64,000 nucleotides of DNA from Antedon mediterranea (lineage: Eukaryota > Animalia > Echinodermata): NCBI RefSeq assembly GCF_964355755.1, contig NC_092672.1, positions 14,694,001 to 14,758,000 on the forward strand. Direction: 5' to 3'. Each line of letters opens with the position of its first letter. Within the stretch, counting starts at the first letter, position 1. The notes below the pieces were generated by a model that worked only from the letters and a program-made list of their open reading frames with translations, ran no database searches and had not been told where the DNA came from. This document shows, piece after piece, positions 1 through 12,574 of the stretch. The position numbers and the translations under genes are program-made.

Positions 1-949
1 CTGAAATGTTTCCTCTTCAGCAGTGCCATTTAATCTATAGCAGAGACCTACTGGTTAATTTGACACATAATTATTGGTAAAATTGGGGTTTTTTTTCCAA
101 TTGAGCTGCACTATTACATTTCTTTGTGTATATAGGTCTGGAGTACATAATTCATCCTATAACATTAATTGTCTAAAACTGCAACTACTGTACATAGTCA
201 CCATCCAAACCATTTATCAAGGTTTCAGTTTAAGTCTGATTTTAGGCTCTAGTCATACCTCCAATTCTTATCTGATATGATGCAATTTAATTTAAAAAGA
301 ATTATTGCATTTATCTTTAAGATGTGAAAGTTTTTCTCCGTTTTTTTTCTATTAAAATTCTCTACAAATAAAAAATACTTTTGGACCATGATGGTTAACA
401 AAATAAAGGCTTGAAAATCTGTTGAAGACCATAACAAATTTGTCTTTATAATCCATCTTGATAGATTTGTAAGAGTTTCATATTGTATTTTATTATTTAG
501 GTGATTTGTCAAATGACATATTGTGACCCTTTGATACCTGAAATTATGGCCTCATATCTATATTGATGAATAGTAGGCTATTATTTGTCCATCTGACATT
601 TTTTCTGGGCTATTTCGGATAAATTTGACCTCTCCTGGCATGATGAATGGTAGGCCTATGATGTGTCCATCATGCTATTTGAGACTATGTAGTGATTAAA
701 GTCAAAAGTAAAAAAACACTTTGAATTGCATCTAGTACACCATTTCTATGAAAGTAAATACAAACATGGGTGTTTTAGAATTCGCATTTGTATTCCTATC
801 GATCACCAAGATTTCCATTTGATTTATGATATGATTTATATACTGTATTGACCAGATCAATAGTTCAAATGTCAAAATAGATGGTGCATAGAAGGGTTCT
901 AAAAGTTTTTGGTATTTTTATTTCATTAGAGTGAATAGAAAGTTGGGCA

Positions 950-2156
950 TCTATATATAAATTTACGTAAGGGCAAAATTCGGTAAATCGCGCGTTATTT
1001 CTAGAATTTTACTCGATGGTATATAAAGTAGGTTCGTACTTTCGGTACTGATTTTAACCACCTGATGTAACCCTGTTTACTAATTAAATTGAGTTCGATA
1101 ATTAGTTATTGACGATTAAAACGAATTTAGGTTCAACGATTTGCCCCAAATAGGGATGTTTTTCGATCGTGGTATACACTGTCTAATGGATGTCCGTCTT
1201 GAAAAATACCCGCAGACAATAATACGAGGATGCTTCGCATTTTCCTATCTCCTCCTACGATAATTGATTTTAATGGCTGAAAACCGGTTGAACAGCTCGA
1301 GTACAGCATCATAATGTTGAAGACAGGCCGATTTTCTTTAAAAAAATACTATTTTGATAGATTTAATATACGTTTATACAAATGTATTGATTTGCGATGA
1401 ATGGAACATTCCAATCTCTGTGTCGTTCCACAAGTGTCTATTCCCTCAGGCGTCGTAAAGGAAAGTACTGTATACTCATAACAGAAATTCGATCCATTTT
1501 TTTTTCAATCTGTGCTGCAGAGGTTGGATATAATTTTTTTTAAACGGATAATGAGCTAGCGTTTTCAGTCGCCGTAATTTAATATTTATTACCGATTAAA
1601 TCGAATTTATGATTTGCCCCGAATAGAGGTGGTTTTCACAAATTGTTTAACATTATATATAAAACATACGTCGTAGTGTATCGTTACATGTACTGTACTA
1701 TTTCAATCGACTACGACGGTGATAGTTTCAACAAAGTATTACATCGCAATGTTTTACTGTGTTTAGTGGTATATTATTTGTAAAACATGTTAATTAATAT
1801 TTCGTTACAAAATAAAGAATATATTTAAAAATTGTTCCTCTTTGCACCCATCCTCTTCCCCATCCCTCAACCATGTTACATACAAAACACAAATTAATTT
1901 TGTTTAAATTTGACTTAAACAATTGGTCTCATTTTGTGACAAGTTTCTCTTTCGGAAGTAATTCCCAGTGTGCTAATTTTAGTTGAGTACATAAATCACA
2001 GTGTCTATTTAATCGTTCCTGTAAACGACATATATTATTGTCCTGCATTATTGTACATTTGAAATCGCCAGTTTTTTAACGCTGAAATTACTGTGTATTC
2101 GAGAACCATCTGTGGGCACGACGATGGTACGCGAGCGAAGCGAGCGTACCATCTAG
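950..2156 (+). mobile_element. Non-autonomous Helitron-like element, apparently full length
   Basis: A|TCTATATATAAA 5' end; 3' hairpin GATGGTACGC-GAGCGAAGCGA-GCGTACCATC then CTAG|T; each end recurs in another copy in this window. Confidence 0.8.
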
Positions 2157-3213
2157 TTCTGAATAATTTGGGATAACTTTGAAGTTTCTACGGCCAGCCG
2201 TTGATATCAGATATTGAGATAATCCAAATTTATGGTCAAAGGTCAAAACAGGAATTTCCGGTAATTTTGTTAACACTTTTTCAATATAGTGAATATAAAT
2301 ATGGGTCTTCTGAGTATTTTGACACCAAATTGTTTACTTACACGTTTAATGTTTGTGAATTGCCTAGTACATTCAGTTTATCGTTTTTACTGTATTCGCT
2401 GTAAGCATTATTCATATTCACATTTTTGTATTATTTCTTCTTTAGTTTCGAAAAAAATCTTGTACACCTTTACCAATATATTTTACATCTGGTTCTATAA
2501 TTATACCATTTATAACTTGCTTTCTCTCTTTCTTATTTGATCTTTTTTTTTCTGTTAGTCTTTTTCCTTGATCTCACCCTTATCCATTTACCACCAAGTG
2601 AATCTTCACTTCCTGTTTGGTGACATTTTGATTTGGCTTTCTTCTATTCTGTTGGTTGGTCTCATGTTTCTTCATTTTTCGTTAATTCTTAAAAGTCAGT
2701 GACACAGTCATGTTCTAAAATCATATACCTATTAAAATGGCTAGGAATGCCTACTTCTCTCAACATGTTGCCAGCAAAATTACCATTCCCACACATTGAA
2801 CAAATCCAAATTACTCTTGAATAACATATTTTGTCTACTACTGTACTGGTTGTCAACATATGGTAATATTGTTAAGATGGCAGCCATTTTGAAAAATAGC
2901 CCAATCGGGTTGAAGCAGACCGGGGAAACCCGGGGACTTTTAGTATGTTGTTTCATACAACCTCAGGGAACTATCCTGAAAAATTCATCTTTAGCATATC
3001 TATTTCTACCTTTGGCCCTTTTTTTGTCCAATACTCCTGACTAAATTTAAGTTTCAGATGTAGGTCATACTAAACTTTAATATATAGGCCTATGGTCAGA
3101 TAAACAGATTCCTACTTTTACGAAAAGAACAAGTCTCGAATATATAGATGAGAATGAACAGTTTTATAGCTGCAATCAATGAGAATGATGCATCTATTGA
3201 AAAATAAATTGAA

Positions 3214-5714
3214 TACTTACTTACTTACTTGTTTACTTGTTTCCGGAGCTCAGCAATGCTGGGTCCGGAGTCGAGGCTAGGCTATGCCTATAAGCCCCTC
3301 TTGATAATTACATCAACTCTTGAATATGGCGCAAATTTAAGAGGGTGGTTGGACCATGCCCGTTCAAGACCGGACTTAAATTGATTGGTTGATCTTGAAG
3401 CTACTACATCCTCCGATAACGAATTCCATAATATAATAGCTTTTCGACCAAATGAGTCCCTCATCCAATTTGTGCGTGAGAACTTAAATTTTAATTTAAA
3501 AGAATGACCACGTGTTCTAACATCTTCATCACGCTCAAAAAAAGAATCAGCAGAAATACTATCCACTCCATGTAAAATTTTAAAAATCTGTATCAAATGA
3601 GCTCTTTGCCTTCTGTATGCGAGAGTAGGTAGGTTGAGAATTTTCAGCCTTTCTGAATAAGGTAAATGACGAATGGAAAAAATAAGCTTGGTGGCGCGTT
3701 CTTGGACTTTTTCCAATAGGTCTTCCTCCTTACAATGTAGCGAGTTAAAAACAACGTTGCAGTATTCCAAGGTCGGACGAATAATAGCTTTATATAAACG
3801 AAGAAACCCATCCATATTTAAAAACTTGAAAGCTCGATATACCATGCCCAACTTCCGATTTGCTCTCATTGCTACATCTGCCACATGTACATTAAAAACA
3901 AGTTTAGAGTCAATAGTAACACCGAGGTCTTTTTCATGATCAACTTCATTCAATAAGAAACCACGCATGGCATACAGATGTTTGTTGTTTTTCTTCCCAA
4001 AGTGCATTACTTTGCACTTACCCTCGTTAAAAGGTAATTGCCATTTGTCAGACCAGTCACATGCTTTCTCTAAATCTTCTTGTAGAACTTGAGCATCATT
4101 CACAGTGTTAACTACTCTATACAATTTAGTATCATCTGCAAACATGCGTACAGAGGAAGAAATAACAGAAGGTAAATCATTTATAAACATAATGAAAAGA
4201 ACAGGTCCAACGACGCTTCCTTGCGGGATACCACTACGAACATCAGCCCAATCTGAAACACATCCATTGACACTAACCCGTTGTTGTCTATCGTTAAGAA
4301 ATTCTTGAAACCAGTTTAGAAGTTTACCTCTAATACCCAATGCACTCATTTTCAGAAGGAGTCTATGATGAGGCACACTATCGAAAGCCTTCTTGTAGTC
4401 AAGGTAGATACAATCAAAACAATCCTGATTATCAAAATAAGAAAACCAGTTTTCAAGAACATCAAGTAATTGTAAAGCACAGGAACGACCTTGCCGGAAA
4501 CCAAATTGCTCATAACAAATAAGTGAGTGATGTTCAAGAAAGTCCAATAATTCCTTCCTGATAATTCTCTCCATAATTTTACCAACTACCGAAGTTAAAC
4601 TCACAGGTCTATTAGTTGCTTGGGTCAGACTTCACTCCTTTTTTAAAAATCGGTACCACTGTAGCCCGTTTCCAACTATTAGGGACGGCTCCTTCTTGAA
4701 ACAATTTCGTAAAAATAATATGGAGGGGGTAGCAAATGATATCCTTTAGTTCGACTAAGATGCGTGGGTGAATACCATCAGGTCCAGCTGTTTTAGTAAT
4801 ATTCAACGTTGATAAAATATTTAAGATTTCGTCACAAGGAAAGTCAACTTGAGATAAAAAATCCTCTGAAGTGTCATCAATAGCCGGTACATTCGAAAAA
4901 TTTTCATCGACAAATACACTACTAAAAAACGTGTTTAGCAACTCAGCCTTGTCCTTGTCATCAGACACATGCCTTCCATTACTATCAGTTAAGTTGGGTA
5001 TACCAGACTTTATATTGATCTGAGAACTGAGATACCTCCAAAAAGACTTTTCATTAGATTTGATCTCAATTGCTATTTTATTTTCGAAGTCAGATTTACT
5101 ACATCGAATCAGATCTACTGTTTGATTTCTTACTTGGACAAACTTCGACCATTTTGCTGACACACATACTTTTTGTTTTCTCTTGGCCTTTACATACTGT
5201 TTCCAACATTTATTCTTTTTGGCAATCTGCTTTTCAATTTTTTTGTTCATCCAAAGAGGTTTTCTTCCGTGGCAAACCTTCCTCATCGGGATACACTCAT
5301 CAATATTCTTCGCAAGAATATGCTCGAATTCGTCCCACGATTGAATACCTGATTTGTCATTGAAAACCACATCCCAATCTACCAAACCAATTTTCTCGCG
5401 CAGCAAATCATAGTTACCATGCCTGTAACTTCGAATATTTGGTTCAATTCTGTCATCTCTTACAAGATCCAATGAAAATTGTAACATCATATGGTCGCTT
5501 TTACCCAGTGGTGGAGACTGCATAATGCCATTTATAGTATTCTCTTTGTCTGTAAAAACCAGATCCAAAACATTGGGTGTTTCGCCTTCTCTGTATCTAG
5601 TAGGTTCCATAACGTGTTGAATTAAAAATAGATCGTTGATGGTGTCAAAGAAACTTCTGCTGGAATCTCCATCTTCCGAAGACACACAATTTAATTCCCA
5701 GTTAATACTTTTAT
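3214..5714 (-). mobile_element. CR1-clade LINE, 5'-truncated ORF2 (end of endonuclease plus RT) with one frameshift
   Basis: ORFs 4612-5685 and 3288-4604: PPLGKSDH, AGPDGIHP, DYKKAFDSVPH, SGIPQGSVVGP, FADD, TRGHSFKL; 3' stem-loop at 3243-3268 and (GTAA)n tail at 3214-3240. Confidence 0.93.
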
Positions 5715-6084
5715 AGTTATAGGTTTACAAAGACATCGCAAAACCAAATGTAACTAACAACAGTACGAAAATATCTATGATAAAGAGTGTTAAAATATGA
5801 AAAAACATGTAAAACAGAATAAACAAATATAGAATGTACCGACCACATGGGTATCTCAACTTTTAAAATACATATAGAAATATCATAAAAAAAAAGAAAG
5901 CAAATTATAAAAGAATAGATCGACAAAATATTAATGGAAAAAAACTTGGACTGAACTTTAAAATAGTGAATATAACGCATCCAGTGAAATTCCTTAACAG
6001 AATGGTATAATCACTTTATTTAGCAGTCGATTAAAAACACACACAAATTTAGTAAATACTATAATAACAACCAGAATTATGACG

Positions 6085-6243
6085 ATACATTAAACTTTAG
6101 ACGAAGTAAAAAATGCGTTAAAAGATCACAAAAAAACTTGCAAAGCTGGCAATGATAGTATGATTAATAAAATGTTTCTAAATATTCTAGAATTTATTAT
6201 TAGTAAATGACTGTCTTCTTTAATTTAATCTTTCGTAAATGGA
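6085..6243 (+). mobile_element. Old LINE RT fragment
   Basis: Degenerate TLDEVKNALK..KAGND..FNLI. Confidence 0.45.
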
Positions 6244-6640
6244 ATGAATTTAAGTGGCCAAGCGGTTAAGACAGTGGAAGGATTTGAGGCTCACTCGCTC
6301 CATGGTTCTGGTGGTAGAACAAGTCTTCTCGGAGGACTATACACCGTAGGTCCAGTGTATGCATATTGCTCGTGTGAACTTTAAAGAACCTAGTACATCT
6401 TTCGAGACGAGTAGGGGGGTTACCCCGGTGTTCACACACACACACACACACATACACTGTCGTGGACAGAAGTAATGGCGCCGTAGTTGGCTGCCGATGA
6501 CACGGTGTGACCCTTAGGGGAGAAGGGGAGACGAATGTTGTTGAAAAGGTGTAACATCTAAGTCCACAGCGCTCTGATCTTCATGAAATAGCGCTATATA
6601 AATGTCGAATTATATATTATATTATATATTATATTATATT
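6244..6640 (+). mobile_element. tRNA-derived SINE with Meta-like core and L2-type tail
   Basis: A-box TGGCCAAGCGG; core CTCGGAGGACTATACACCGTAGGTCC..TTAAAGAACC..GAGTAGGG..CCCGGTGT; internal (CA)n; AGCGCTCTG..AGCGCTATATAAAT plus (TAT)n tail. Confidence 0.75.
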
Positions 6641-6759
6641 TTGTAATTCGTAGTTACCCATTTTATATTTATACTGTATTATAGTCGTTAATCTGTAGTT
6701 TTCCAATTAAAACAAGATATATACATAATATGGTTGGTTTTTTTTCCGTGACTTATTAT

Positions 6760-8220
6760 TGAGGAAGGTTAAAAGACAGAGAAATGACGAAAAAATATAT
6801 TCTGATTTCTGCAAAATAAGAAACAAAGTCCGTAGAGACGTGACATTAGGCCTAAGTGCGCGAACGCTCAATATTTTAGTAAAAACTTAATAGAAAGTTA
6901 AAAAAATAATTATGGGCGCAATTAAAATCTCTGGGATATAGGCCTAGTCAGAAAACAAAGTCTTCATCCCTAATTGTATTAAATATAGAAGATAAAGTTT
7001 GCTTTGATAACAATAAAGTCGCAGACCACTTCAATAGATTCTTCACAAGTATCAAATGATCTGGCTAGTAAACTTCCTAACGGCAGTGCACATTATAATA
7101 CGGAATCGGTTAAATTCAAACAATTTTATGAAAGAAAAGGAGTGTTCAAAAATAATATGAACCTAATCCCCGTTACAGAAGAATTCGTTCTAAAGGAGCT
7201 ACAAAGCTTAAAATATAGCTAAAAGTACTGGTTTAGACAACATTCCTGCACGATTCTTGTGCGATGGTGCAATTGCCATTAAAGGTCCTATCGCACACAT
7301 TATAAATTTATCAATTCAAAACGAAACCGTGCCTGATGAGGACCTCAAAATTGCACAAGTACATCCGGTTTTTAAAAAGAACAACAAGTCTGTGGTAAGC
7401 AACTATAGACCAATTAGTATTTTAAGTGTAATGTCCAAGGTACTCGAACAAGCTATATGTTCAAATTGACTTCCAATCAGGGTTTAGGAGTAGATATTCT
7501 ACGGATTCGTGTTTAGTTCATATTATAACGGACTATATTCGCAAAGAAATGTCAAATGGCAACTCTGGTATGGTATAGTGCTAGACCTCCAAAAAGCGTT
7601 AGACACAGTTGACCATGGCATTTTGATCCGTAAACTGGAAGCAATGGGTCTAGGATCGACTCAATGGTTCAAATCATTGATAACAGACAACAGTTAGTAT
7701 GTGTAAACAATGTTAACTCTAGCTTACTCCCTATAACATGTGGTGTCCCACAGGGAAGTATATTAGGCTCACTTTTGTTCCTACAGTATGTTACATCAAT
7801 GATATGCCGACTATGTGTTAACTGTAAACTTATTGTATATGCCGATGATAGTATCCTGATGGTTTCTGGAAAGGACCCGACCTTATTGGCCAAAAAACTC
7901 AGCACTGAATTGAAATCTTGTAACGAGTGGCTAATTATTGATAATAAGCTATCAATTCACTTAGGAAAAACAGAGGCGATACTATTTGGTTCCGAATTTA
8001 ATTTAAAGGAGGCCACTGATTTCTCAATTCACTACAATGGTGTGTCAATAAAAGAATCCTCTTCCATAAACTACCTTGGTATACCATTGGGCCTAGATCA
8101 ATCCTTGTCGGGCGAAAAAATCGTTAATGCAGCAGTCGTTAAAAAGATTACTGCAAGACAACGATCTCTTTACCGACAAGCTTCTTTTTTTAAATGAAAA
8201 TGCAAGAAAATTGTATTCTG
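6760..8220 (+). mobile_element. Degenerate L2/Crack-like LINE RT
   Basis: KSTGLDNIPARFL, NYRPISILS, DLQKALDTVDH, GVPQGSILG, YADDS, NKLSIHLGKTE, with several frameshifts and stops. Confidence 0.88.
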
Positions 8221-8244
8221 CCACTACAAAGAAAATAATGTAAA

Positions 8245-9835
8245 TGTTAACACTCTGCGGGTGAAATATGGCTCAAAACCAGGTTCTGTAAACTTTGGCT
8301 ATTCGGATTGTATATATTCCATAATGTCACTCAGCATAGGATTAATCCTGGAAATGTTTTTCCTGATTTCACGTTCAATTGCTTATGCAGTTACTGGCGA
8401 AGTCTCAAATTGGGAATCTAGTAATCAGTATACTGCATCAATTCCCTCAACTCGATTCCAAATGCTTCTTTATCCAATTGACTATAGTTTTTTCCGCTTT
8501 ATTTAGTGTCCTAGAACTGAAAGTAATGGGCTTTCCTTATTGGTAGCACGTGACTAATAACTGCTCCCAGTCCGTATGCTGATGCATCTGTTACCAAACG
8601 AATAGACAGTTTTGGGTCGAAGTGCATATGACCTTATCTGACACAATTAATCCTTTGCTTTGTTCAAAAGCATCGTTGAAACGTGATGACCATTTCCATT
8701 TATGGTTTTTGTAGTAGTTCAGTCAGTGATGCTAAGGTGTGCGATAACCCTTTGCAAAATTTCCCATAGTAATGAATCATTCCAAGGGTTGACTGCAACT
8801 GACTGATGTCCTTAGGCATCCAGGATAGCACTAACTTTGTCACTGGTCATGTGTGTGCATCTATCCTGTGGCCCAAATATATTACAGTTCTGGAAGAATG
8901 AACATTTCTCCTTTTTAACTGTGAGACCCACTTCACTCAATCGTATCACTGTATCAATTCTTTTTATGTGCATCTTGTCATCTTTTGCTGTGATCATTAT
9001 ATCATCCAGGAAACACTGACCACCATTCATGTCGGAAACCAACATTTCTCTTTGAAATATGGCTGGTGCGGTTTTAATTCCATCTCAAACTTGTATAATA
9101 GTAGAGTCTCATGTGCGTATTTACTATCAACAGTTCTCTTGACTTTACATCAACCTCCAGTTGGGACTATGCTTTTCTCTGGTCAATTTTTGAGTATTTT
9201 GTATTCGGGCGAGTTTCTGCACCCAGTTTAGCAAAAACTACCTGTTGGTAATGGGTACAAATCGTCCTGTAATTGTGGATTGATCGACACCATTAACTGT
9301 AGGTGAAGCATACTCACTATTTTTTACTTTTTCGATTACCCCAATATCCTCTAAACATTTCAGTTCTGTTTCAATTCGTTCCTTTAGTGCAAACGGAATT
9401 TAGGCATTCCATCTGGCTTTAGCTCCAATTTTAACATGGTATTCTTCATTTTACCTAATTGTGTTTTAAACACTTCAGGATACTTTGCTAGAACTTCTCT
9501 GAGCAGTGGGGTTTTTGTTGTTGATGTAGAGTTAATTTGTCGTCTGGCCAATCCAATTTAAACGACTTCAGCCAGTCTCGGCCAAAAAGTGGATGACATT
9601 TCTGACTCACAATGTACAATGGAACTTTATGTTTTTGTTCATTCTCGACTAGCTAGTATCTCTGCAACTCCCCGTGGACTAAATATCTAACTAGTGTTAT
9701 GTCTTCAACTTCATACTTGTGGTTTTTAATTTATATTTTGGAAATGATTCCTCGAAATCATCAATGACATTAGCGATGGAGTTGATCCTGTGTCTAACTC
9801 CATCATTATGGTTTTCTTCCCATTCGCCTCTGGAA
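8245..9835 (-). mobile_element. Degenerate Gypsy LTR-retrotransposon pol (protease, RT, RNase H)
   Basis: MELDTGS, FGRDWL, PFALKERIE, FLDDIMIT, KKEKCSFF, LVTDASAYGLGAVISH, YSQLDKEA. Confidence 0.88.
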
Positions 9836-9869
9836 ACAATATTTCAATGATTGGTTCAGAAATCCAACA

Positions 9870-10075
9870 TTATTTACTTCCTGACCTTACTAAGTCATTC
9901 AGTGGTTATTCGCTAAATTCAGCCGCTAATTGATCCTCAGCAATATGGCAATCAGAAAGGGTTGTCCTACTGCCTGGTAGATATTTTTCCTAATTTCTAA
10001 TACTGAAAGAAGAGGCTCAATATTCTCTTTTGTGCTCACAGATTTTACTAAAGCATTCGATACCATAGATCACAG
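9870..10075 (+). mobile_element. LINE RT fragment
   Basis: QYG.QKG and DFTKAFDTIDH. Confidence 0.6.
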
Positions 10076-12574
10076 AAAAAAACATAAACAAGAATATTTC
10101 TTACAAAAAACGCTGCTCGCTTATTGTTATTGCTAAGGTCAAGTCTGGGGGTCACTTCATCACGCCTAGATACTTCAAGTATCCTATTACAAACAAAAAC
10201 TTCAATGGACTGTTTTGATAATAATTCAATGATTATCTGACAGCGAATTATATCATGGGACTCATAAATACCAGAATGCTTTGGGATTTGTCGTTAGACT
10301 CTTTTCTCAGCCGTTTTTGGATTCAACAGGTGGTACCAATAAATTATAGTGGAGTTTCCATTTTAACAAAAATGTCAATGTGTAGTACTATAAAGCTGCT
10401 TGATTTCATCTAATGAATGAGTCATCTCGTGTGACGTAGCGGACTAGAGCAGCAGCGTGAAAACTATGATATTAACTACCAACAGGCACTTGGAAATTAC
10501 ATTTACCCTTTCTCAACGCGGGAGAAACCTCTACTTGATGAAATTTTCAGAAAATAGTAGTAAAGTAAACAACTCAATATTGGGGTTCACCAATTGGCAT
10601 CTAGTTTATTGATAAATACTGTATTTATATACTTTTTACCGTTGATATATTTTAATTGTGTAATTTATTCTCTTTTTGTGTAAAGAATACGCACTCGCGC
10701 TGCCTTTGAGTCTGTATGTTATTGTTTTTAGAATAAAAATACCGAGGGGGTTAAGGGGGTTAAACTCGATTAGAGAAATCTATATTTTTAACCTCCTATT
10801 GCCATGCTGTAATTTGTTTCTTTAAAAAAAATATATATATATATATATATATTTATATAGATGCGTTGAGGCAGCAAAAGTGCTCAATTGAAATCAAGAG
10901 CGAATATATATTTATGAATTAGATAGAACACGGGCGTCTATTACATGGTGTTTCACGTTAAACGATCTTATATATATATATTTTTTTATTTTTGTTGGCA
11001 ATAAAAGTTGAATAATAAATAATAAAGATATATATACTTATTAGTTATATATACTATTAGTAATTAGTGAACCCCATTTCCATAGACAGTTTATCGGTTA
11101 ATTTTTATTAATTAATTATCGGTTAATTTTTGACTGCGGAAACATAAGTAGGCCTACATTGAGCACACTTGTGACAACATTTTCCAGGCTAGACGATCTG
11201 GAGGTCATTGGTCCGACTCCCACCCCAATTACTTGCACATTTTTGTACACAGTAAAATCCCTATATTCCTTTGTACTGTGTACACAATGAGACATTTTTA
11301 ATACAATATACGGTGTGGAAAAAATATTATCAGATGACTAAAAAATAGGTAGACCCTAATAATAATTAATATAACTTGAATTTTTCAAAGTTTTTATTAG
11401 CCTAAAGTTAAGATTTTTATTTTCGTGCTAAAATTGTAGAAACTTTTTTCACTTTCTAGGGAGTCACCACAGATTATTACATTGTGTAACCTACTTATAA
11501 TTCTTATAATTATTATAATTAGTATTAAACTACTGAAAAAAAGTTTGCCTGGCTTTTATTAATTAGCAGAATTTCGCCAAAATTGTGTATTTGGCCATTT
11601 TAAGGAAAATTCATTTTTGGTCGTGATTCCTGTTACATATTTTGTTATGTACATTTAATACCAGATTTTAAAATTGATGCTTCTACTTTACCCACCTGAA
11701 CATTAAATCTCATCCTCCGTATATTAATTGACTATGGCTCCGTCCTCCATCAATCGACTGTCTTGATCTTTCCTTGGTAAAGCAAGCTCACCGATGCGTG
11801 ACAACAAACGTCACACAACTAACAACAACACACCACACACAAACCACACCAAAGATACGAGGCTGGCTACACCTATCTTTTAACCATAAAAATACGTTTA
11901 ATCAAAAAAGAGGTTTTTGGTGATATTGTATAATAATAATGTAGTAGGGTCAAGGCGTAGTACTCATAGTTTCTAGTTACTGTATTTGGTAAGAACAATA
12001 TTGTAATAGATAGGCCTAGAATTTGAAGATATTTTATCATTAATTAGGCAGCCTACTACTTACTCCAGCTTGGCTGATCCAATATCATTATCAGATACAC
12101 ACACACAGCAGAATTCATGTGTTAATGTTATTGCGTCACGAAGGCTAGGCTAGGCATGTCGCCTAGCTAGCTACCCTACCTATATATCATATAACCCTAT
12201 TATAACTAGACAGTTAATTTAAGTATATCAAAGCTTGTGCTTTTCATTTTGTAGAAAATACAGGAGTACTAATTTTTATTTGTGATGTACATACTGTAGG
12301 CTAGTTAAGGCTGGTCTCTTGTCGACGTAAACTAATAATTTTTGTCAACATTTGTAGCGTTTCGTACGACTCTAATGACAATGTCTCTTATGCAAAGTTT
12401 AAACAATATTAGTGTTTTTATGAAAGTTGAAATTTCATAAAATATGTTTAACTACGTCTGTCTTTTCGACCAGGTTTTCTTATATTTTGTGCGAATTTTT
12501 ATTTCAATATCCCATAATAGGTATGACACAGATGCGGTGAAAGGGATATAATTTTGTAACAAATACTTAAAAAA

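Noticed and set aside
3673-5363. Plus-strand ORFs over the CR1, and antisense ORFs at 19773-20027, 43121-43321 and 59029-59406
   Set aside because: They are shadow ORFs opposite real coding sequence.
6244-6310. tRNA gene (also 18770-18810 and 27207-27260)
   Set aside because: There is an A-box-like head only, with no complete cloverleaf, and it continues into SINE body.
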